Positions 26,119 to 39,013 of a DNA stretch of 64,000 nt are shown in pieces. The stretch is taken from NCBI GenBank assembly GCA_973895155.1, contig OZ316895.1, positions 24,185,538 through 24,249,537 of the forward strand, in the 5' to 3' direction. The notes under the pieces were generated by a model. That model was not told the origin of the DNA and did not search any database. It saw only the letters and a program-made list of their open reading frames with translations. The stretch comes from Marsupella aquatica. Lineage: Eukaryota > Plantae > Marchantiophyta. Made by a program: the position numbers and the translations under genes. How positions within the stretch are numbered: position 1 is the first letter of the stretch; every line of letters starts with the position of its first letter.

Positions 26119-29100
26119 TACCGTCATCCAGGTTCTGTAAGTAATCCCAATCGCACGGAATGTAAACTATTGCTTATTTTTAGGCCTGGGTTCTACGATT
26201 GACTCTTGATACTCTGCCTTTACCCGGCCAGAAGCAGAGTACCCAGAGTCAATCGCTGGACCAGAACTACCCCTTAGTTTTGACTGTGGCCCTCATTGCT
26301 CTGAACCCTATCCAACGGTAAAAATGGGGTGCTTGACTCAAGAATGATCGCCACCGCATATTCATCGTGGAGAAATAAATGCTACATAGCCAGATCTCGA
26401 AACCATTCCAAACCAGAATGATGTCGAATCTAATTAATCGCAGGCCAATTTACTGATTATACTATTATAGTACCTCAACAGCTACAGTACCTCGTACGGT
26501 GTCCTCAAGATAAACTTAAAACTATTATGCCGGAGGTTGGGGGTTTTCCATCTAGGACGTCGATCGATTCATAACGACAGTCATTATATAATATAGTTTA
26601 TTTGCTTTCCGTCCTTCGAGAAACTTATCACCGTCCACTGGGGCCCCATTTCGACAAAGATGCAACCTACAGTACATCATGAGATGAGTGAGACAGGTTC
26701 GATCAGTCGACCAGGAGTGGCCCTTGACGAGTTGACGGGCATAAAGTGGGTAATTGTAACCTGCGCGCAAGCAACAACAATTTTTTATGTCTCTACCTAG
26801 CCAAACCGTGGTTAGTAAAACTTAATTCTGGGTTCCTTTGTTGGGAAGAAAAGTCTCTAGCCATATGGATTCTTACAAAGGCGCCAGACTTAAAAAAGGC
26901 AGAAAATTATTAAAAAATAATAATGATATTAAGAACCACTTGTGACTTGTTAACAATACTCTCCTAACTAGCAAAACCTCCTGTCAGTGTGCTCACATCA
27001 TACAAAACCTAGTGTAAAGTAATACAAAGTCACCTCATTAATAGAAGCTTTGTGGTTTGTTACAGGTGATTACTTTGCAATGCACGGCAATCGGCTATTG
27101 TGAAATGAAAAGGATGTACACATACATTCAACACTATAATAATTGATTTCACCAATTCTAGTAGATCATCTTCTTACTCATCCATTTACAAAAATTAACA
27201 AATATGGGTGCAAAATATTGCATCTGCCAGAAAACCACAACAACAACAACCACTCAACCAAAAGAAATGATAGATACTTTTGCAACCACAACATGATTCC
27301 ACTGTGGGGAGAAATCAGATTAGGAAATACACTCCAAACTTACACGTGCTCAAATAGTTACGTGATTCGCCTCAAGGTTGGCTACGTCCACGGGAAGACC
27401 AAGCTTTATTAATGGTTATGTGTCTACTCAAGCATCACCATAGCTCCCATCTCTTCAAGCTCTCATCTCTTGCTGTATCACTGTGTTCTCTCTTGAGAAC
27501 TCTCTTGTGTGTTCTCACACCACATAGAAGTTGAAGAGATAAGGACCAACTCTTCAACTAGGGTTTACTCTAACCCTAGTTAACATACTAACCATAGTTC
27601 AACCCAAGACTGAGTTAACCTCTACAAACTCCTCCTTGACTCACGTCTTGGGAGAGTTCATAACATTGTCTTTTCCTTACAAGTTCCTCCGCGGGAAGTT
27701 CAAGATAGTAGGGCCAAAAGACCCTCCCCCTAATGCAAGGGTTAACTAGAACTAAGCCGTAGCCGATAAGCCATCGGATGGAGTACTCATATAGAGACAT
27801 TTTCTTGATTAACTCTATATTTACAATATTTGTAAATAATTACAATGCCTTGAAAAACTATTGGAGTCTAATACTTTGGTAAAAGCATCCGCTGGATTAA
27901 GCTTTCCATCAATCTTGACAAGCTCAAACTCATCATCCGATAATGTCTGTCGGATGAAATGATAGTGGACATCAATGTGCTTTACCCTGCCATCCATCAC
28001 CTGATTCTTGGCAGTGTAAATTGCACTTTGACTGTCACAATGAAGATATACACACTCCTGTGATAAACCCATCTCCGTGACAAGCTTTTTCAACCAAATG
28101 GTCTTTGATGCTGCTTCTGCTGCTGCTACATACTCGGCATCCATAGTAGACTTTGCAACACACTTTTGGAGAGTAGACTTCCAACTAATGCATCCACCAG
28201 CAAGTGTAAATATATATCCAGTTGTCGATCTCCTCTTATCCAGATCATCTGCGTAGTCTGCATCCACATAACCTTGAAGCACTTTCATATTGTTTGAACT
28301 TGCATCAAACAATAAACCCTTCTTAGTGGAACCTCTGATGTAGCGCAAAATCCATTTCACTGCTTCCCAATGAACTTTTTCTGGATTTGCCATGTATCTG
28401 CTTACCTTGCTAATAGCATAAGCTATGTTGGTCGGGTGCATACCATGAGATACATTAAACTACCCACAGCACTTTCATAAGGAACTTTGGACATCAAATT
28501 TTTTTCTGTCGCATCCAATGGACAAAATGTTGCAGAAATATTGAAATGCCTTGCCAAAGGAACACTCACAGCCTTAGCATCTGCCATGTTGAATTTTGAG
28601 AGTACCTTCTCTGCATATCTTTTCTGCGTCAGCCAAAGTTTGGCTTTGTTAACATCCCTGACAATCTCCATGCCTAGGATCCTCTTGGCTGTGCCCAAAT
28701 CCTTCATCTTAAACTCAGAACTGAGTTGTGCCTTAAGCTTATCAACTTCGCCCCTATCCTGTGCTGCAATGAGCATGTCATCCACATAAAGTACAAGGAT
28801 GACAAGCTTAAAACCTGTGTTGTTCACACGCCTTATGTAAACACATGGATCATACACGCTTCGCACAAATCCAAGCGATTTCAAAAATTCATCAAAATGC
28901 TTGTTCCACTGCCTTGGGCTCTACTTTAATCCATACAAGGATTTTAGCAACCTGCATACCAAATTTTCCTTGCCCTTTTGCACAAAACCCTCTGGTTGCC
29001 TCATGTAAATCACCTCATCCAATGATCCATATAAGAATGCCGTGACAACATCCATTTGATCTAAAACCAGATCAAATAAAACTACAAGAGCACATAGCAA

Positions 29101-29893
29101 ACGTATTGTTGAATACTTTGCTACAGGTGAAAAAACCTCATTGTAGTCTATACCTTTTTGTTGAGTAAAACCCTTGGCTACCAACCGAGCCTTAAATATC
29201 TTCTCAGCATCCTCCGTGGGTCCATCTTTCTTCCTATACACCCACTTGCTGTCAACAGCCTGCTTGTCACTAGGTAGACTTGTGAGTTCCCAAGTCTTGT
29301 TATCATGAAATGATTTCATTTCCATGCGCATTGCCGCCTGCCACTGTTGCTTCCCCATAGAAGCTAGGACCTCTCGAAATGAGGATGGATCTCCATCTTC
29401 TGTCACCAATGCATCAATAGATTCTTCATCCAAATCCACTTGATCAGAAGGAAGCCAAGTTCCATACCTTTCCCGGGCTTGACGTTTTTGAGTTCCTCTT
29501 CGCACTGAAGACTCTGGCTGATGTGATTGTAGTGTGCTTTGCCTTATAGTGGTGTCAACATATTCGTTATCTGACACATCCTCTCCCCTGATATCCTCTA
29601 GAGGAGGAGATTGCTCTTTGTTAGTAGTAGGGAATTGATCTATCTCCCCCTCCTTCAATGATTTTTCTTCATTGAAGGATACATCCCGACTAACAAGTAA
29701 CTTGCAATCAACTGGATTCCACAACCGATAACCTTTAACTTCACGCTGATAACAAAGAAAAATGCATTTATGGGCTCTAGGATCTAGCTTAGTTCTATTG
29801 TTGCTAGGAACATGTGCATATGCTTCACAACCAAAAACTCTAAGCTTTGAATAATCAGCAGGTCGATTGTGCCATAGCTCAAAGGGGGTTTTG

Positions 29894-31985
29894 AGTGGTG
29901 GCCCTCCCACCACGTGCCCGTCTAAACTCGTTTCTCAGCCTTGAAACAAGTCGAACCTTGCACTAACACGGAATGTTGGGGCAAGTTCTTCCCGACTATA
30001 CTCCTTGTCGTTAGCGACCCCTCCCATACGAAGCCGCACTTGCCCTCGTCAGCACAACCGTCGCTCAACGGTCTTTGCTATCTGCACAAGCAACCAACCA
30101 ACCGGTAAGAACTTGTCTTGATCTCGGAACTCCCAAGACCATTGTCTTGCCTCAAGCTCAACAGTCGTTAGTAAGTAGGTCAGCGGATAGAGCCTCCCAG
30201 GCCCGCATGGCCTTGCCATAAGCTGAAACTAAGGTCGACATCACTGTTCGTCCAGAACAGTCTATCTACCGGATGTCGCCCAAGCTTCCCCACTTTCTAC
30301 CCGTCAATGGCTGACCGCCCTACCTCCAGGACATGCCCATGGCCCAAACTCAGTTTGTCACAAACTAGTAGTAACACGCCGGGACCATTCAGTTTCTAGA
30401 TCTTAGCCACCTCTCTGTGAAACCGGGTTCCGCTCAACCTCTCACCATGCATTGGGACCAGATCTCAATGGCAGCCCCCAGAGTCTACTTGGTTCTATCT
30501 CTCCAACATCAGGTCCCCATGGGAACCAAATGCGGTTTGGTCACTGTTCGACTTCGGATCGGCAAGAGGGACTCCCTCTATTGCAAGCCTCAAAACCAAA
30601 ATCATCCAATGCACAATCAGAGAGCACCATGAGGTAGCTTTCTTCATTAGATTTCCAACGAGCCCAAGAACTCCCCCAACGGAGATCCGGTCGTCGAGTT
30701 ATGTTTGTTTCCGCTTCAAAACTCGAAATGACGTATCTTCGTCGATCGCGATCAGCTCGAGCTCAAACTTGAGAGTACCACTCCCCTCATATATGCTTCT
30801 GGGGACCTGCCACCCTCGGACCAGCTTTGGTCCCCTATCTTTGGCCCCCTACCTGAGGGTCCGTGGGCCCCGCCACTTAGCTCGAAACGAAGATAATCGA
30901 AAACCTTCCATAACTTGGCCTCGAGCGCGAATTGTGGCATAACGGGTTAAAAGTTACGGCCCTAAACCCGCTCTGGTCCAGGCAACCCCCTCTTGGTCCA
31001 TCGATGCACGGCGACTCTATTCGAGTCTAAATCGGCCATAACTTTTGGCCCTTAGGTCCGTTGGCCAAAAAATATGCGGCCCCATGATCGGGCTCATGTG
31101 GAGCTTCTCAGGCCCCTATGGTGATCCGTTGGAAAAATAGTTCATTTTTCCGTGATCGGCAACGGGCCCAAATTACAAGCATGCGGCTTGAGTCGGCCAT
31201 AACTTTTGGTCCCTGGGTCCGTTGGCCGAGAAATATGCGGCCCCATGATCGGGCTCATGTAGGGCTTCTTGGGCCCTATGGTGATCCGTTGGAAAAATAG
31301 TTCATTTTTCCATGATCGGCAACGGGCCCAAACTACAAGCATGCGGCTTGAGTCGGCCATAACTTTTGGCCCCTGGGTCCGTTGGCCGAGAGATATGCGG
31401 CCCCATGATCGGGCTCATGTGGGGCTTCTTGGGCCCCTATGGTGATCCATTGGAAAAATAGTTCATTTTTCCATGATCGGCAACGGGCCCAAACTACAAG
31501 CATGCGGCTTGAGTCGGTCATAACTTTTGGCCCCTGGGTCCGTTGGCCGAGAAATATGCGGCCCCATGATCGGGCTCATGTAGGGCTTCTTGGGCCCCTA
31601 TGGTGATCTGTTGGAAAAATAGTTCATTTTTCCATGATCGGCAACGGGCCCAAACTACAAGCATGCGGCTTGAGTCGATCATAACTTTTGGCCCCTGGGT
31701 CCGTTGGCCGAGAAATATGTGGCCTCATGATCGGGCTCATGTGGGGCTTCTCGGGCCCCTATGGTGATCCATCAAAAAAATAGTTCATATTTCTGTGATC
31801 GGCAATGGGCCCAATAAAGTTAATTGGAGCGCGCTTTTCTCAAGTCTTGTCCTTGCTCTTACTAGCCTCCTCTTTGTTAGTCGCATCCCTAATGGCCATG
31901 ATGGTAGCAAATCTAAGAGGGGCTCAACGCTGGAGTTAGGCAACGTCAGAGCAATTACGAGTAGGTGAAAGTTGTATTCGCGACT
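29894..31985. mobile_element. 2092-bp non-coding insertion (solo-LTR-like) with AGT...ACT termini and 5-bp TSD TTTTG
   Basis: It splits the integrase at SPSRAITY|KTPFELW. TTTTG occurs at 29889-29893 and 31986-31990. Confidence 0.8.
31031..31813 (+). repeat. Tandem array, ~161-bp unit x5, inside the AGT...ACT element
   Basis: The TCGGCCATAACTTTTGG...GGAAAAATAGTTCATTTTT unit recurs at ~31032, 31193, 31353, 31514 and 31675. Confidence 0.95.
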
Positions 31986-34900
31986 TTTTGTAAGTAATTG
32001 CCCGACTAGGAGAGAGATTTACTAGATAAGCAGCTATGTTGACAGCTTCCGCCCAAAAGATTTGTGGCAATTTAGAGTGGCTCAACATGCTCCTTGCTCG
32101 CTCCAATAATGTGCGGTTGAATCGCTTAGCAACACCATTTTGCTCAAGAGTGTACACTGTTGTGAGATGGTGAGTAATTTCCTTATTTGCACAATACGTG
32201 TTGAACTCGCCAGAGGTGTATTCACCACCATTATCTGATCATAGATATCTCACATTCTTTGTAGTCTGTGTCTCAACTTGAGCTACCCATTGTTTGAAGA
32301 TGGAAAGCACTTCAAACTTATGGGCAATGAAATAAATCTAAACAAACCTTGAGTAATCATCGATAAACGATACATAGTATTGTTTGCCTGAATGTGAGGA
32401 AATCGGAGCAAGACCCCACACATCGGAATGAATATACTCAAGTACAACTTTAGAATGATGAATGGCAGTCGGAAATGGAGTTCTTGTTTTCTTGCCGACA
32501 ATGTAATGATCACAAAAACTCAACTTGCATGCTTGCAATCCTGGTAGGAGATGTCGCTTGTGTAGGATTTCCAAACTTTTTTCACTCATGTGACCAAGCC
32601 GAACATGCCATAAATTGATTTTCTCCTCCTGAGATGTGACCAAATTGACTTCGGCAAGAACGGTGGTGCCTTCCAAGACATAGATGTTTCTTTTCCTCTT
32701 GCCAATAAGAACTTCATTTGATTCGGGCGTGACTGTTAACACCCCATTAGTTGCACTCCATTGATAACCCTTCGCATCCAAGTAGCCAAGAGAAATCAAA
32801 TTCTTACACATTTCTGGAATGTGTCTGACATTTGATAGAGTACAGTACTTGCCATTGGGTAGTTGAATCTTTACGGATCCAATCCTTAAAACTTTGCAAG
32901 AATGATTATTTCCCATCAAAACAGATCCGTTGATAGGAGTGTAGGATGAGAAAAGTTCACGCATATAACACATGTGATACGAGCAAGGTGAATCCAAGAT
33001 CCATTAACAATCCTCAACTTGGGAAGTGGTACACAATGAAAATCCTTCACTATCCTCTTCTCGAACAACTACTTGGGCTGAAGAACCGGCAACTTCCTTG
33101 AATGTGTCTTTGACGCGACAATCCTTCTTCATGTGGCCCACTTTGTCACACTTCCAACACTTTATCTCACGAGTAGACTTGGATGGTGATTTGGATCGAG
33201 ATCTATAATTTGGATCTAAACCTCCTCCTACCAAAAGATCGGTCGTGGAACTTTCCTCGCTCCATGGGAAGTGGGTTAAACCTTTTGTTTTCATGAGATG
33301 ACTCTCTTGATTTGCCTCTTTCTACCAACAGTGCTCTTGATGATGAGGTTGAGGTAAGATGAGCTGAAGAAACCAGCTTAGACTGCATGTCATCGGTCAA
33401 CAGGGCACTCACCACATCATTGTAGGATATAGTTGTCTTATCACGGAATAGAAGAACTCGAGACAAAGATTGGTACGAAGGTGGTAGTGAGCTCAAGAGT
33501 TGTAAGGCTTTCTTTTCTTCGCTCAAATGCTCCCCCAAATTCTCTAGGTCAACCACAAGATCATTGAACTGATCGATATGATCTTGAATCTTGACTCCAT
33601 CAGCCATTTTGAATTGCATGAGCTTCAGGCTTGCATACATTCGGTTTGACATCTCCTTCTTGTAGTACTTGTTGCGCAATGCTTGAAACAAGTCCATCAC
33701 CGTTTGTGTTGTTTTTTCCTCGAACTGCTTCTTCACATTATTTTTCAAGTACATGCCAACAATACTTACCGCTTGATCCTGGAGATCATGCCAATCATCA
33801 TCTTCCATCTCCTTGGGTTGAGATCTTAGTACCTTGCCTAGGCCCATCGCCCTAAGTGCATCCCTCACGTTACGGTCCCACATTGTATAGTCTATCCGAC
33901 CATCAAATTTTTCCACCTCAAACCTTTGACCTCCAATCCTAGTAGTCGCCATCGCTGGAATGCCAAATGTAGTGTGGAGTCGCCTTCCGACAAGAAATAA
34001 ACGTTGAATGCTCAGATGTGGGGTGTGAAATTAAGGCCAAAATTGAAAGTTGGTGAATTTTGAAACTGATCACTCCTATGTGTAGCCCACAAGGTAACGC
34101 TCCGAATTCTGAAAATGGTTTGTCAAATGAACTCTCGAGTGTTGAGAATTTTTACTCCGACCGGAGGGGGGTAAAAGATGAAATAATTACCCCTCGAGGG
34201 AATCTCTTATGCCAAAGATTCCACTAGTATACTTTTTCAGAATTGAACGCACCAATACTTGCCTAGCTTCCCCAAGTACGCCTCTCCAAAAGTTGAAGTT
34301 GATCCGATTTTATTTGCCGCTCAGAATCTTTGACCTTCGGTAAAAATTTAAGCCTCTGGAAAAAAATCTTTTCGAGAAATTCCGTCCGCCCTTGTAAAGC
34401 CCCTCTGGGGGACTTCACAGGGGGCACTTCCCCCTGCCCGAGCCCTGTCAAGCCCTAGAAAGGCCTCCTCGAAGTTTTCGACCTCCTCGCGTGTCCGCGG
34501 AAGTCGCGATTACTCACGGCAGAAAGTACCCCTCGGCGAATTCACTCAAATTTCCGTCTCAGTTTTTGACAAAATCCAATTCTGATTTCAGATTCAGAAA
34601 CTAGACTTCGAGGGCATCAAGATTGATATAAAGAACTTGCAAAACGGTGGAGTAATGAGGGAGAAACAATTCGGTGAAAGTGACTGATATTAAGTTATCT
34701 GCCATAGTCAAAATTTCGAGCTCAAAAAATGAGAATTGAAATTAAGATGGTTTCTCAACCGTTTGACGGAATCCAACGATGTTGATATCGAAACGTCTAG
34801 AAAGACAAGGTGCTCAAGCGTATCTCAGTTTCAAATCCTGATAGAACAATCAAAAAGACTGATCTGAGAAATTGACCTTATCTCTTGCCCGATAACATAA

Positions 34901-36953
34901 ATTGAAAACCGTCACTTACAATTGTTTCCGTTTCTGACCTCAGGCCTTCATTGCTTCACTGAAATGAGCCCCTGGTTGTGTGCTCCACACTTGTGAGAAG
35001 ATTGAGTCCGATCTTCTTTCAATAGCTCTGCTTCGAAGAGGAAATCATCCGCTGTTCGCTTTGCTTGAAGCAAGTTCTATGGAGTTCCTAATCGACTGAA
35101 AAAACCTGAGCTCTGATACCAATTGTGGGGAGAAATCAGATTAGGAAATACACTCCAAACTTACACGTGCTCAATAGTTATGTGGTTCGCCTCAAGGTTG
35201 ACTACGTCCACGGGAAGACCAAACTTTATTAACGGTTATGTGTCTACTCAAGCATCACCATAGCTCCCATCTCTTCAAGCTCTCATCTCTTGCTGTATCA
35301 TTGTGTTCTCTCTTGAGAACTCTCTTGTGTGTTCTCACACCACATAGAAGTTGAAGAGATAAGGACCAACTCTTCAACTAGGGTTTACTCTAACCCTAGT
35401 TAACATACTAACCATAGTTCAACCCAAGACTGAGTTAACCTCTACATCCACATATAACATGACCAAAATAGCAAGACCTCCTTTTATTATGTCACTTGAG
35501 ATTCTTCGTCTTCCCTCAAAATTTCTGTGCAATGCATGAGCATAGTTGCACTTACACCAATATGGTTGCAAAGACAATCATGATTGGCTATAGTGAAATG
35601 AAAAAGATGTATTCACATATCAAACACTATAATAAAAAATCACGCCAATTCTAGTTTATTTTCTAGTCACAAACCTTTAAACAATATGGGAGTAAAATGT
35701 GGCTATGCTTTCCATCACCGATCTCCAAACAACGAGAGTTTTTGGACCCTCGGCCTCTCCCCTGTGGTACGCCTGCGGTGACGGCCATGTCCCTCATAAC
35801 AAATGGTCCCCAACAAGGCTCAATGCCCAACATGTGAAGTGTCATCAAGGAACTGAGCACCATGGGCCCAAAACTATAATAAAGGTGTGGTTCGACATTC
35901 CATACCTTTGCAATTTACTACCGTGGCCCTGGTCAGTATTATTGTAGTGGTTGGTATTGTCATTTGATTTCCCCTAGCGCGAATTAAGGCTTTCAAAGGT
36001 GACGTTGTATAGCGGCTAAATGGATAAATTAATCAAAGGAAAGGGCCGCTTCTGCAGAGGCTACCAGGTAGTGGCGCAGCCAGGAACTCTGATGGTGGGG
36101 CCGTTTCTCAGGTGGTCTCCAGCGGTGATAAGGGAAAATAGTTACGGGTCCCATGGAGTGGGGCCGCTCGCCCCCCAACTCCTTTTCATGTTGGTTTAAC
36201 GAGTATCTAAGCCATGATATCCTGGGACCGTGGGTCCGATGTTTGTTTCGGTGGAGGGTCGAGACTAGATCCGATGGATCGGGAGTCGGACCGAGCGCAT
36301 TGACGTGGTCTTCGCATTGATGGCGACTGGTCGAGAGAGGAGACCGTCAACTTGAGAGTTGAGGACGAGAATCTTCGGGACACGAAAGTACTCTGTTGAG
36401 AATTGAATTTGAGGTTCAGTTTGGAGGTTTGTGAAACTGAATTGTGACCATGAGAACCGACAAGACTGCAACATTTTGGTGAGATCTGCAGAAGAGACGG
36501 CGGGGTGGACCGGTGGACTGGTGGAGTGTGCGCAGGCTGTGAGTAATTGTGTATCCTTTCCAGCCCGCCCATCTTGGAAAGAGCACATCAAAGCAGGCAA
36601 GAGCAGAGCCAAGCGAAGAAGTGACGAATCGCACTATCGCAGACACTGAAGTTTAGTTAGCAGCGAGGCCCAGTCTTTATGAATCTGCCATCGTAGTTGA
36701 AGTAATGACCTGTGAGGCCCGGTCTTCATAAATTTGCCATGACTACTGAGTGTCAGAACGGAATGGGGAAGAGCAGTAAAAGGGGAGTTAAGGAGAGGAA
36801 AGCTGCGTGTTTATACTCTGCCATGCAATAGAATGATATGCGTGACTCGGAGTGAGTTGGATTGAAGTGGGTTCGATTGGGTGAGGGAGCTGACAGGAAC
36901 TGTGCGCATTTTGGGGCACCAACTTTTCTAGGAGCTTGGCTGGCTTTGACGAT

Positions 36954-37064
36954 CCGGCAGCTAGAGCTGATCATGCATTGTAATTGCAGAAGAGGGCTCA
37001 ATTTGAAGAACCGGCAGCTAGAGCTGATGATGAATTGTTATTGCAGAAGTGGGCGAGGAATTTG
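36954..37064 (+). repeat. Tandem duplication, 57-bp unit x2
   Basis: CCGGCAGCTAGAGCTGAT...ATTGCAGAAG occurs twice. Confidence 0.8.
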
Positions 37065-39013
37065 ATCGTCATGCCCACGGAGCTGCAACAGGACGACGGG
37101 ATCGGTTTCTCCATTCCTCAACAGCACATTGTCTCACAGGTGAGGCCCATTGTGTGTCCCGCACTTATTTGGTGCACGGTGGCCTGAGTTGTGTACACCA
37201 CTACACCGTATGAGAGTGATCAAGAGCTGAAAATGTAATGATTGTAGGCCGATAATCGTTTCCGTAGTTGTTTTCATGAAGGTGGAAGCGAAGTAGCGAA
37301 CCGCTGCTCGCTCTCTCAAATGTACGTGTTCAAACGAGTAAAGGGTATTTATGGCGCAATCCGTTTACCTACTTCCCTGGTGATGGCGTGACTCGTAGAA
37401 AATATGAGAGAGAGAGGTCCGAAGTTGAAATTGATGCGGTACTCCAAATAGGAAATTTACTATAATGTCCACGAAGCTGCAACGATCCATTCCGTAACCC
37501 CCCCATCAAGTGCACACGTTCCAAGATGTGAGACCATTATTTTGTCGACCAATGCGTACGAACTAGGTGAGTGCTTGGGAAAATTTGAGCGATGAGTGAA
37601 AACTTGATGAGCTTGTGGAAGAGCGGTCGGGCATTGCTGGCTGTTCTCCGACCTTGACGCACCTTCGCCATCGTAACGACCAAGGCCGGGTCATTACTGT
37701 GTCAGTTTAGAAATGCGCAACCTTGGCAGAAGCTAGGTGAGTAGACTTCAACAGACTGCGAGGGACACAGGGTGAGGTCAGGGAGTTGTGAATGGAGGGG
37801 CCGACATATGCTCGCTTCGGTTACTTTCCCCTCAATCTTCCATTCTAGCTTATAACCTGAACGAACATATTCACGAAGCGCTGTTGCCTACGAATCACCG
37901 ATTAACGCTGAAATGAGATCAGTCTTACGGCATCAATCATTCCAGACCTTTTTTCCTCCCGCCGTTGAGGGCCGATTCCTGACATAACTACATGCGGATT
38001 GTCCAATGGCGGCGCATTTGATAGGGATACACTAACTTGCAGGGCTACGAGTAATCCATAGGACTACTAGGAACAGCAGGGAGAAGGCGTGTAGACGAAC
38101 CATTGAGTTTGTGCAAGGCGTGGTGGAGAATTTGCGAGCTTGTGAGAAGAGTTTCGAGCGCTAGAGAGATTTAGTGAGGCACACAAGGGGTGGCCATTTT
38201 CTAGTTGTTGTCGGGAAAACGGGACACGCAGCGGAGGAGAGATGAGTGACCGCATTCTGAGGGTTAGTAGATCAGCGAGTTGCTTGCTCGCAAAGGTGGT
38301 GGCTGGCAGCTGTGCTAGAGTGCTAGTACTTCACCGATTATGAGAAGCTATGAAAGACTTCGATGTCTTGTGCGACCGATTTCGTAGAGATCTTCATTAC
38401 AGAGGGTAAAATGCAGTGCATCGAACATGGCCTCAGGGTCCGTTCACGGCGCGCATAGAACGTGGACCTAGACCAGAGGGGGCTCGTGCATTCGCATTGT
38501 GTTTTCCAGAGACCGGAGGGAAAGACTGATATGCCATTATGCCATCACTGCGTTGTGTGAATACCATAGACGAAATGTCGAGAGAGCAAGCCTGCTGTTT
38601 AGATATGAAGACTTACTCGTTGCTGGACCTCATTATTATGCTGTGTGACTGCCATAGACGAAATGTCGAGAGAGCGAGCTTGCTGGCACATATAAAATCT
38701 AACTCGCTCCTGGACTGCAGAAAAAATGCTGGAGGTTATTCAGTGACAATAGCATCCCAGGGGATCACGGTGGATTTGCTCTTGAATTGACTTTAACCGC
38801 TTCAGGATCGCCAAGTTCGTAGTGCCAACAGCTTATCAGAATGGTGGTGAGTTCCCAGTCCATTATTTCTCGATTCTTGTCTCCACCTCCTCGTTGCCTT
38901 TTCTCCAGGGGTGTTGTCATTCCGTGTATTCCTACAGATAGAAAACTCACTCGAACGATGGGTACTCACCAAGTGGCAGACTCTGTCGTTCAATTGCCTC
39001 AACTTATAGATGG

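Larger units (their letters stand above)
27821..33952 (-). pseudogene. Copia gag-pol (gag, CCHC knuckle, protease, integrase, RT, RNase H) broken by stops, frameshifts and an insertion
   Basis: Motifs are CWKCDKVGHMKKDC, WILDSPCSYH, YIHSDVWG, KARLVAKGFTQ, LYVDDML and GYVDADYA, in the copia order IN-RT-RH. Confidence 0.93.
27303..35446 (-). mobile_element. Ty1/copia LTR retrotransposon, full length, decayed, with a nested insertion
   Basis: LTRs 27303-27626 and 35124-35446 are TG...CA and differ by ~6 substitutions plus 1 indel. The TSD is TCCAC, the PBS is TGGTATCAGAGC (tRNA-iMet, 35110-35121) and the PPT is at ~27627-27641. Confidence 0.97.

Noticed and set aside
31031-31813. CRISPR-like array (also 51151-51720 and 54051-54224)
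   Set aside because: Units are contiguous with no unique spacers, there are no cas genes, and the context is eukaryotic.
36000-38900. Overlapping 60-120-aa ORFs upstream of the Patched-like gene, including a possible NPC1 N-terminal domain
   Set aside because: No Cys-patterned NPC1 NTD or other family motif is seen; likely promoter or TE-derived sequence.
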